A stretch of DNA of 37,213 nucleotides, taken from the IMG/VR virus record IMGVR_UViG_3300015050_000363, positions 1 to 37,213 of that record. One strand, written 5' to 3'. Under the pieces are notes generated by a model. That model had not been told where the DNA came from and made no database searches. It saw only the letters and a program-made list of their open reading frames with translations. The DNA is from a virus. Taxonomy: Duplodnaviria > Caudoviricetes. The position numbers were made by a program, and so were the translations under genes. Below are positions 24,684 through 32,689 of this stretch, one piece after another. Numbering within the stretch: position 1 is the stretch's first letter; every line of letters begins with the position of its first letter.

Positions 24684-24705
24684 AACGGGGGCTTCGGCCC
24701 CCGTT
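24684..24705 (+). terminator. Hairpin/terminator
   Basis: AACGGGGGC-TTCG-GCCCCCGTT. Confidence 0.65.
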
Positions 24706-24710
24706 CCCCT

Positions 24711-24908
24711 ATGTCTATCATCTATCTTCGCCATTCTGTTCACGGGGCTAAAGTCGCCACGCTTGATTTAGAAGCGGAGTACGATGAACGCAGCGGTTGG
24801 GAGCGGTATACTCCAAGCGTTGAAGATGATCAAAACGCTGCGTTGCCAGTGAACACGCTGGGGCGCCGCCGTCGCAAGGAGCCCGAGAATGTCCACCACA
24901 GCGGGTGA
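24711..24908 (+). CDS. Hypothetical protein
   Basis: Operon context; overlaps the gp4-like gene. Confidence 0.7.
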   Translation: MSIIYLRHSVHGAKVATLDLEAEYDERSGWERYTPSVEDDQNAALPVNTLGRRRRKEPENVHHSG

Positions 24909-25602
24909 TCAAATTAACAGAGCCCTAAGACTTCTTGGGGTTCTTGCAGAGGGCGAAACGTCATCTGCGTCTGTCATGCAAGACTCGCTGACGGCGCTCA
25001 ACCAAATGACTGACAGTTGGAACACCGAGCGGTTGTCGGTGTTTTCGACGCAAGATCAAGTATTCAGTTGGCCTACCAGCACGATTAGCCGCACGCTGGG
25101 CCCTACTGGCGATTTCGTGGGTAACAGGCCTATTCTGTTGGACGACGCGACGTACTTCCGCGACCCCAGCACAAACGTCAGCTTTGGCGTCAAAATTATC
25201 AACCAGCAGCAATACAACGGCATTGCTGTCAAGACGGTTACGTCAACGTATCCGCAAGTGTTGTGGGTCAACATGACGTATCCCAACATTGAGATGTACA
25301 TCTACCCAGTGCCTACGCGGCTGCTGGAATGGCATTTCATCTCGGTGCAAGAATTGACTCAACCTGCTACGTTGAGCACCGTTCTGGCCTTTCCACCAGG
25401 CTACCTGCGGGCTTTTACCTACAACTTGGCGATGGAGATTGCGCCTGAGTTCGGGGTCGAGCCGTCGCCGCAAGTCATGCGGATTGCCATGTCCAGCAAG
25501 CGCAACATTAAGCGCATCAACAACCCAGATGACATCATGAGCTTGCCGTATTCGCTAGTAGCGACAAGGCAGCGGTTCAACGTGTACGCTGGGAATTATT
25601 GA
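24889..25602 (+). CDS. Head-tail adaptor, P22 gp4-like
   Basis: TAGDQINRALRLLGV...L.ALNQM.DSW and YNLAMEIAPEFG. Confidence 0.8.
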   Translation: MSTTAGDQINRALRLLGVLAEGETSSASVMQDSLTALNQMTDSWNTERLSVFSTQDQVFSWPTSTISRTLGPTGDFVGNRPILLDDATYFRDPSTNVSFGVKIINQQQYNGIAVKTVTSTYPQVLWVNMTYPNIEMYIYPVPTRLLEWHFISVQELTQPATLSTVLAFPPGYLRAFTYNLAMEIAPEFGVEPSPQVMRIAMSSKRNIKRINNPDDIMSLPYSLVATRQRFNVYAGNY

Positions 25603-25604
25603 TT

Positions 25605-27128
25605 GTGAAGACGGCGATTCTCGGCTCCAGCTATGTTGCTCGCAGCGTCAACGCTGCGGACAACCGCATGGTGAACCTGTTCGCGGAAATTGTCCCTGAA
25701 GGCGGCAAAGAGCCCGCCTTTCTAAACCGAGCGCCTGGCCTGCGTCTGTTGGCCGCGGTCGGCAGTGGTCCCATCCGGGGAATGTGGCAGTTTGATGGGT
25801 ACGGGTACGTTGTTAGCGGCACTGAGTTGTACAAGATCAACTCTAGTTGGGTGGCCACGCTGCTGGGCAATGTATCTGGTACTGGCCCGGTCAGCATGTC
25901 GGACAACGGCGTGCAATTGTTCGTTGCGTGTAACGGCCCCAGCTACATCTACAACTCGATCACCAATGTATTCGCGCAGATTACCGACTTAGATTTTCCT
26001 GGCGCCGTCACCGTCAGCTATCTCGACGGGTATTTTGTGTTCAATGAGCCTAACAGTCAGCGCGTCTGGGTGACCAGTTTGCTTGACGGTCTGTCGGTAG
26101 ACCCGTTGGATTTCGCCAGCGCAGAAGGTTCGCCAGATGGATTGGTCAGCCTAATCGTTGACCACCGCGAGGCTTGGCTGTTCGGCACCAACTCGGTTGA
26201 AGTGTGGTACGACGCCGGTGCGGCGGACTTCCCGCTGCAACGCATCCAAGGCGCCTTCAACGAGATCGGCTGCGCGGCGGCGTACTCGGTAGCCAAGCTC
26301 GACAACGGGCTCTTCTGGCTAGGTTCTGACGCCCGTGGGCGGGGTATTGTTTACCGGGCAAATGGCTACACCGGCCAGCGCATTAGCACGCACGCAGTGG
26401 AATGGCAGATTCAGCAGTATGGCGATCTGTCGGACGCCATCGGGTACACCTACCAGCAAGACGGGCACGCATTTTATGTGCTGGTGTTTCCGTCTGCAAA
26501 TACCACTTGGGTGTACGACGTATCAACCCAAACTTGGCACGAGCGCGCAGCTTGGACGGGCAGCACCTTTACGCGGCACCGCGGCAACTGCCAGATGTCT
26601 TTTGGCGATGAAATAGTCATTGGCGACTTCCAAAACGGCAATATTTACGCTTTTGACCTAGATGTGTACGCCGATAACGGCGGCGTTCAGCGGTGGCTGC
26701 GGTCGTGGCGGGCGCTGCCTACGGGGCAGAACAATCTTAAGCGCACAGCACACCACACGCTGCAACTTGACTGCGAATCGGGCGTAGGGTTAGACGGTAT
26801 TGATCCTTTTGATCCTGAGCCTGAAGTAGACGAGTCTTTGGACTTAAATTTCGTGCTGCAGGAATACGAAGTGCTGGTGCCCACTGTTTTCACGCAAGGC
26901 GTCAACCCAAAAGTTATGCTGCGTTGGAGCGACGACGGCGGCCACACTTGGAGCAACGAGCATTGGGCGGAAATAGGTCGTATTGGTGAGTATGGCCACC
27001 GCGTATTCTGGCGTCGGCTGGGCATGACGCTAAAGCTGCGCGACCGCGTGTACGAGCTTAGTGGCACGGATCCAGTCAAGATCACAATCATGGGTGCAGA
27101 ACTGTTGATCAGCGGTACGAACGCATGA
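25605..27128 (+). CDS. Tail hub / packaged-DNA stabilisation protein, P22 gp10-like
   Basis: SAEGSPD, LFGTNSVEVW, GCAA.YS, WSDDGGHTWS, WRRLG. Confidence 0.88.
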   Translation: MKTAILGSSYVARSVNAADNRMVNLFAEIVPEGGKEPAFLNRAPGLRLLAAVGSGPIRGMWQFDGYGYVVSGTELYKINSSWVATLLGNVSGTGPVSMSDNGVQLFVACNGPSYIYNSITNVFAQITDLDFPGAVTVSYLDGYFVFNEPNSQRVWVTSLLDGLSVDPLDFASAEGSPDGLVSLIVDHREAWLFGTNSVEVWYDAGAADFPLQRIQGAFNEIGCAAAYSVAKLDNGLFWLGSDARGRGIVYRANGYTGQRISTHAVEWQIQQYGDLSDAIGYTYQQDGHAFYVLVFPSANTTWVYDVSTQTWHERAAWTGSTFTRHRGNCQMSFGDEIVIGDFQNGNIYAFDLDVYADNGGVQRWLRSWRALPTGQNNLKRTAHHTLQLDCESGVGLDGIDPFDPEPEVDESLDLNFVLQEYEVLVPTVFTQGVNPKVMLRWSDDGGHTWSNEHWAEIGRIGEYGHRVFWRRLGMTLKLRDRVYELSGTDPVKITIMGAELLISGTNA

Positions 27129-27973
27129 CCAGCCCCCCGAACATCACCAACATCACCGCGCCGCGTGTGCCGCTCGTTGACGAGCGCACAGGCTTGATTT
27201 CGCGTGAGTGGTACAGGTTCTTTCTTAACTTGTTCTTTTTGACCGGCAGCGGCCAAAGCGCGGTCACGCTGGAAGACCTCCAGCATATGCCCGATGCGCT
27301 GGCAGCGGTAACGGGTCTGCAAAACAGCCTGAACACTCTTGCGCAAGAAACACTGACGCAGCCGGCAGTAACGGTCGATCAGTGGGCCGCGTTGACTACG
27401 CAGGTTGAGGCACTGGCCCAAGCCGTTCAATCTGTCGATCAGTTGGCCGAGCTAACCAAACAGGTCGATGCACTGGCTGCAGCGCCCGTCTACACGCCGC
27501 AGTTGCGCAACCGTGCTTACGGTTCGTTCTACGACACGACGACTCAGACCGCAGCGGCCATCAATACGGCCTACGGCATGACGTTCAACACAACCGATTT
27601 GACCAACAGCGTCTATATCGGCTCGCCAACATCGCGGGTGTACGTTGCCAAACCAGGCGTCTACAATATCCAGTTCTCTGCGCAACTGTACAACACTAGC
27701 GGCGGCAATCATTTGGCGTACATCTGGCTGCGCGTTAACGGCACAAACGTAGCCTACAGCGCGGGCGAGACTCGCTTAAAAAGCAACGACAGCGAAATAG
27801 TAGCGGCGTGGAACTATGTCTACCAGTTTAACCCCGGCGACTATTTTGAGCTGATGTGGTCTGTGAGCGATACTGCAGTGCAAATTCTCACGCAAGCTGC
27901 TGCTGCTCCCGTACCTGCCATTCCCAGCGTCATCTTGACCGTGACGGACAACATCAGCGCGTACCAGGACTAA
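27125..27973 (+). CDS. Tail needle-like protein with coiled coil and C-terminal knob
   Basis: Follows gp10; heptad repeats; C1q-like beta knob (GVYNIQFSAQL). Confidence 0.6.
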   Translation: MTSPPNITNITAPRVPLVDERTGLISREWYRFFLNLFFLTGSGQSAVTLEDLQHMPDALAAVTGLQNSLNTLAQETLTQPAVTVDQWAALTTQVEALAQAVQSVDQLAELTKQVDALAAAPVYTPQLRNRAYGSFYDTTTQTAAAINTAYGMTFNTTDLTNSVYIGSPTSRVYVAKPGVYNIQFSAQLYNTSGGNHLAYIWLRVNGTNVAYSAGETRLKSNDSEIVAAWNYVYQFNPGDYFELMWSVSDTAVQILTQAAAAPVPAIPSVILTVTDNISAYQD

Positions 27974-27985
27974 GGAATTTCACTC

Positions 27986-29806
27986 ATGAGCGTGTCCCTC
28001 TCCCCTCTGGCTGGTGCAGGCTGGCAGTTCTTTGACGACAACGGCGTGCCGCTGAACGGCGGGCTGCTGTACACCTACGCGGCTGGCACCACCACGCCGA
28101 CGGCGACGTACACCAGCGACAACGGCGTTACGGCCAACGCGAACCCTATCGTGCTGGATTCTTCGGGCCGCACGCCATCTGAAGTCTGGCTGACGGACGG
28201 CACAACGTACAAGATTGCCGTCTACACGTCGGCCAGTGTGCTGATACGGACTTGGGACGATATCGCTGGCGTCAATGATTTTACTGCATTGGAAGCAACC
28301 CTAGCGTCGTCTACCGGCTCAAGCATGATCGGGTTCATTCAAGCTGGCACCGGCGCAGTTGCGCGCACGGCGCAAGCAAAGATGCGCGATGTGGTTAGCG
28401 TGAAGGATTTTGGCGCTGTTGGGGATGCAGTAGCTGATGACACGGCGGCGATTCAAGCGGCAATCAACCAAGCAGTCGCAATACGAGGCACTGTTTTTAT
28501 CCCTCCTGCTAATGTTGGTGCGTATTACAAAATTACATCTCCGCTGACAGTATCAGCGCCAGTTTCAATACTAGGTGACAACACCTTCGGATCGCTGCTT
28601 TTTGGCGTTGGCATGTCTGCCGGCGCGTACATCCTGGACTTTAATTGTTTGGCCGCAAACAACGTAGAGCTTATTCACATTAGTGGCTTGACAATTCGGA
28701 GTAGCGACGGCGTGCCAAACGCTTTGCGCCTCAAGAATGTAGCCAATGTCACGGTCAAAGAGGTGCGTCTGTATGGTGTCACGACTGGTATTGCTATCGA
28801 AGGAACTAGGTGCTACACGCATTCCTACGAACAAGTAGTTGGGTATCAAATTTCCGACGCCACAGTTCGTTTTGCTGCTGGTTTTACCGGAGGTGGCCAG
28901 TTTACTTTTGATGGGTGTACTTTTACCACTAGCACAGCTGCTGGTGCCGTTGTTATGCCATCGACAGCACTTGCAGACAATTTGAGCTTTATCGGGTGCA
29001 ACTGGGAACAATGTGTAGGAGTAGGGGTTTTTATTGCGGGCACTTGTACAGGCATTTCTTTTGTAGGCTGTCGCACAGAAGGCGGCGATACGAGTGACTT
29101 TGATTTTAGACCTGCAGGTGCCTCTGAGTATGTCGGCGGCATATCTATATCTGGATGTGTATTTAGTGCAAGCGACGCCGCCGCCGCCAATAGAATTGTA
29201 TTTGGCGGCGCGTCTGGAACCGTTCGAGGATTTTCTGTAACTGGCAATTACATTACTCACGGATCTGATTCTTACGCCGGGAAACTGGTCCAACTTAATG
29301 GAGATGGAGACAGCGGTGTTATTGCGGGCAACATGGTTCGCGGCACTACCGCTGCCGGGGCTGGCGTCGTCAATACTCAGAGGGCAGGCGTTGTCGTGTT
29401 CTCAAATGAAAACCTGACGGAAAAGTTGCCTGAGTATTGGGGCTTGGCAAGCTGGGCGGTAAAACAATCAAGTTACACCGCAACCGCCACGGGAATGACG
29501 ACTTCGCCAACCGGAATTATTAAATACTCGGTTATTGGTAACACCGTGACGTTTGATATTCCTATTGTCAGTGGTACCTCTAACTCTACATCTTTCACTT
29601 TAACAGGTGGGCCAACGGACATACGCCCGGCGGTTGACAAGGATATTCTGACCCCAATCACGGACAACGGGACGGTTGCTCTTGGGTTTGTTCGTGTCAA
29701 GACGACGGGTGTGCTGGAGCTGTACGCATCGGTATCCGGTAGCGCGTTTACTGGTTCTGGGACAAAGGCAGCGCGACCTAATTCAGTTACTTACACGCTG
29801 GCATGA
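27986..29806 (+). CDS. Tailspike with pectate-lyase-like beta-helix
   Basis: N-terminal attachment domain (ANPIVLDSSGR), then GAVART.Q.K.RD.VSVKDFGAVGD..DDTAAIQAAI. Confidence 0.88.
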   Translation: MSVSLSPLAGAGWQFFDDNGVPLNGGLLYTYAAGTTTPTATYTSDNGVTANANPIVLDSSGRTPSEVWLTDGTTYKIAVYTSASVLIRTWDDIAGVNDFTALEATLASSTGSSMIGFIQAGTGAVARTAQAKMRDVVSVKDFGAVGDAVADDTAAIQAAINQAVAIRGTVFIPPANVGAYYKITSPLTVSAPVSILGDNTFGSLLFGVGMSAGAYILDFNCLAANNVELIHISGLTIRSSDGVPNALRLKNVANVTVKEVRLYGVTTGIAIEGTRCYTHSYEQVVGYQISDATVRFAAGFTGGGQFTFDGCTFTTSTAAGAVVMPSTALADNLSFIGCNWEQCVGVGVFIAGTCTGISFVGCRTEGGDTSDFDFRPAGASEYVGGISISGCVFSASDAAAANRIVFGGASGTVRGFSVTGNYITHGSDSYAGKLVQLNGDGDSGVIAGNMVRGTTAAGAGVVNTQRAGVVVFSNENLTEKLPEYWGLASWAVKQSSYTATATGMTTSPTGIIKYSVIGNTVTFDIPIVSGTSNSTSFTLTGGPTDIRPAVDKDILTPITDNGTVALGFVRVKTTGVLELYASVSGSAFTGSGTKAARPNSVTYTLA

Positions 29807-30049
29807 CACCCCGCCCAGCGCCCCGCATCGTCAGGTGGTTCCTCCGCACCTTCGGGTACGGAGGCATCGCGCTGCCGCCGCTGGGCACCTACATCTTGGC
29901 CGAGCGCAGGCAACACAACCCCGGCGTTTTACTGCGAAGGCTCCGGCGTGGCCAACGCAGGCATCACAAACACCGCCTTGACGCATAAGATTGCCATGAA
30001 AGTCAACGGCACGATTTAATATACGCTGGCCACGACCAATGCCATCTGA
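29803..30049 (+). pseudogene. Fused gene remnants: a truncated small protein plus a tail-gene C-terminal fragment with an internal stop
   Basis: MTPRPAP...YILAER then loses coding character; another frame, 29903-30049, reads SAGNTTPAFYCEGSG...KIAMKVNGTI*YTLATTNAI*. Confidence 0.65.
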
Positions 30050-30066
30050 TTTTTAAAGGACGTACC

Positions 30067-30405
30067 ATGACCGTAACCACCAAAGTGCTAATCGCTGCCA
30101 AGACGGCAGAGAACAGCCAGACCACGCAGTACACGGCCACAGGCGTGACGGCGATCATTGACAAATTTACCGCGACGAACTACAGCGCGTCGGCGGCGAC
30201 GATCAGCGTTAACCTAGTGACCGCTGCGGGCAGCGCGGGCAACGACAACCTGATCGTCAAGACCAAATCGCTGCAGGCCGGCGAGACGTACACGTTCCCG
30301 GAGATCGTCGGTCAAGTGCTTGCGCCTAGCGGATTCATCTCTACAATCGCAGGAACGGCGAGCGCTATCAACATCCGCGCCAGCGGGCGCGAAGTGACAT
30401 CATAA
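30067..30405 (+). CDS. Conserved virion/tail protein
   Basis: AAGGA RBS; beta-sandwich-like composition. Confidence 0.75.
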   Translation: MTVTTKVLIAAKTAENSQTTQYTATGVTAIIDKFTATNYSASAATISVNLVTAAGSAGNDNLIVKTKSLQAGETYTFPEIVGQVLAPSGFISTIAGTASAINIRASGREVTS

Positions 30406-30439
30406 AATAGTTTTTGAATAGCGGCGCGAGGAAAACACC

Positions 30440-31210
30440 ATGGGAATTTTTTCAGTAATTGGTAGCGTTGTCGGCGCGGTTACCGGCGTGCCGGGAGGCT
30501 CTGCTATCGGCGGCTCCATTGGTGGTTTGATTGACGGTAATAAAGCTGGAAAAGCTGCGTCTTCAGCAGCAAACGCAGCAAACGCCGCCGCGCAGCAGGA
30601 TATTGACCTGCGCCGTAGGATGTACGAAGAGGGCGTTGCGCGGCAACAGCCTTTTTACGAAGCTGGCGTTAACGCGCTTCCTCAGTACGTTTCTGGTATC
30701 GCGCCTGGCGGCGAACTGGTGCGCGGGTTTTCTCAAGCAGACTATCAAGCCGACCCCGGCTATGCGTTCCGGCTGGGAGAAGGGCAGAAGGCACTTGATC
30801 GGCAAGCCGCCGCCCGCGGCGGTCTTATCTCTGGCGGGGCGCTGAGAGCCGCGCAACGGTACGGGCAAGAAATGGGGTCACAGGAATTCCAAAACGCATA
30901 CGCCCGGTTCCGCGACACGCAGGGTTTGCGCCGTAACGCGCTGGCCGGCGTTGCGGGGTTCGGTCCTACTGCTGCCGGTGCGATGGGTTCTTCAGGGCAG
31001 GCGTATGCTTCTGGCGCCGGGCCTCAGATGTACCAGCAAGGCGTCAACACAGGAAACGCGATGCTTAGCGCGCAACAGAGCCGCGAGTCTTCTTACGGGC
31101 AGCTTGGTAGCTCGCTAGGTAAATATATTCAGAGCGGCGGCAATTTTGGTTTTGGTTCACGCGACCCGCTGTCTAACTTCCTTAGTGGTACTTCCGGGTC
31201 AGGGGATTGA
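30440..31210 (+). CDS. DNA ejection (pilot) protein, P22 gp7-like
   Basis: Gly-rich hydrophobic N-terminus; QQPFY.AG; DPGY.FR...G...AAARGGL.SG. Confidence 0.82.
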   Translation: MGIFSVIGSVVGAVTGVPGGSAIGGSIGGLIDGNKAGKAASSAANAANAAAQQDIDLRRRMYEEGVARQQPFYEAGVNALPQYVSGIAPGGELVRGFSQADYQADPGYAFRLGEGQKALDRQAAARGGLISGGALRAAQRYGQEMGSQEFQNAYARFRDTQGLRRNALAGVAGFGPTAAGAMGSSGQAYASGAGPQMYQQGVNTGNAMLSAQQSRESSYGQLGSSLGKYIQSGGNFGFGSRDPLSNFLSGTSGSGD

Positions 31211-31212
31211 TC

Positions 31213-32688
31213 ATGGCTGAACTGAATTTCAACGCCCTAACACCCCAAGGCCCTCGCGGGTTCATGCAAGGCTTTACGCAAGGCCAGACTGAGCAAGTTG
31301 CAATGGAAGCCAATCAACTTAAGCTGCAAGAGCTTAAGCGCGACCGCGACGAGATGATGCAACTTCAGGAACAACTCAAAGGCATGGGGCAAGACCCCGA
31401 CCTTGACAAGTTTCTTGATGCCTACATTGCGACCGGGCGCCCTGAATACGTCAAGATGGGCATTGAAGGTAAGCAGAAACTGAAAGAACAGCGGGCGTAT
31501 GCCAATCTTATTGGTGGCGCGGCCCCGCCCGCGCCTGCTGCGGCGCCTACCAATGCAATGACGCCGCCTGCGCCTGTCGCTGCGGCGCCTGCTGCGTTTG
31601 GCGCTGAACTTGGGGCGGGCATGTACGGCATGGCCCCCACCAACGCGCTGGCTCGTCCTGCGCCCGCTGCTGCTGCGCCGGTCAACGCACTAGCCCAGCC
31701 CGCCGTTGCGGAGACACGCAAACGCATCAGCGACTTGATGACGTTTGCGGCGCAGAACCCCAACATGGCCGGTCAGGCGATGTCGCAAGCGCGGCTTCTG
31801 CAAGACCAGCTTGAAATGGACTCTAGGCGCGGCCCGAACGAACCGGCGGATGTGGCTACGATGCGGCAGTTGGGGTACCCCACTACGCCAGCGGGCTACG
31901 AAGCATACCGCAACGCACAGCGCCAAGAACGTATGCTTTCCCCCGCGGAAGAAGCGCAGCGCGTTCGTATTGCTGCCGCTAGCCGTGCGCCAGCGCAGCC
32001 TAAAGAGCCGCCGCCGCCCACAGCGCCCGTCGCTGTCGTTGACCCAGCAACTGGTCAAGTTAAGTATGTGACCCGCGAAGAAGCACTGGGTAAAACCCCA
32101 GCCGCCGCGATTGAAGGGCTGACGCCGAAAGAGCGCCAGACTCGCGAGGCCAAGTACCCGCAAGCCACCTCGGCAGTTAAGACGTTTGAGAATACGTCCG
32201 ACACGCTGGTTACAGATTTGGAAAAACTAGCCAAGCATCCCGGCTTGAGCAGCATTACCGGCATCGCGGCGGGGCGTTTGCCGGGTATCACAAAAGAAGG
32301 CCGTGAAGCCGAGGCGCTATTTGACAAAATCGTAGCCCGCGGTGGTTTTCAAGAACTGCAAACTATGCGGCAGGCTTCGCCCACGGGCGGCGCGCTGGGT
32401 AACGTGTCTAACCAAGAAGGCGCGCAGCTTCGCCAAGCGTTTGCCGCGCTCGACCGTCGCCAAGACGCACCAAGCGTTCGCAACGCTATCACTGACGCGA
32501 TTGCGCAAATCCGCGCAGCCAAGGAGAATATCCGAGGCGCTTACGATTTGACTTACGAGTACAAACAGAAAACTGGCGCGGCGCCAGCCCCCGCAATGTC
32601 GCCGGTAGATAAGCAAGCGTTGGATTGGGCGAACTCCAACCCTAGTGATCCCCGCGCAGCAGCAATTAAACAACGACTGGGAATGTGA
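31213..32688 (+). CDS. DNA ejection protein (gp20 position)
   Basis: Synteny; helical with Pro/Ala linkers; GALGNVSNQEG. Confidence 0.7.
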   Translation: MAELNFNALTPQGPRGFMQGFTQGQTEQVAMEANQLKLQELKRDRDEMMQLQEQLKGMGQDPDLDKFLDAYIATGRPEYVKMGIEGKQKLKEQRAYANLIGGAAPPAPAAAPTNAMTPPAPVAAAPAAFGAELGAGMYGMAPTNALARPAPAAAAPVNALAQPAVAETRKRISDLMTFAAQNPNMAGQAMSQARLLQDQLEMDSRRGPNEPADVATMRQLGYPTTPAGYEAYRNAQRQERMLSPAEEAQRVRIAAASRAPAQPKEPPPPTAPVAVVDPATGQVKYVTREEALGKTPAAAIEGLTPKERQTREAKYPQATSAVKTFENTSDTLVTDLEKLAKHPGLSSITGIAAGRLPGITKEGREAEALFDKIVARGGFQELQTMRQASPTGGALGNVSNQEGAQLRQAFAALDRRQDAPSVRNAITDAIAQIRAAKENIRGAYDLTYEYKQKTGAAPAPAMSPVDKQALDWANSNPSDPRAAAIKQRLGM

Positions 32689-32689
32689 C

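Noticed and set aside
20176-30049. Diversity-generating retroelement acting on fibre genes
   Set aside because: No reverse transcriptase and no template/variable repeat pair seen
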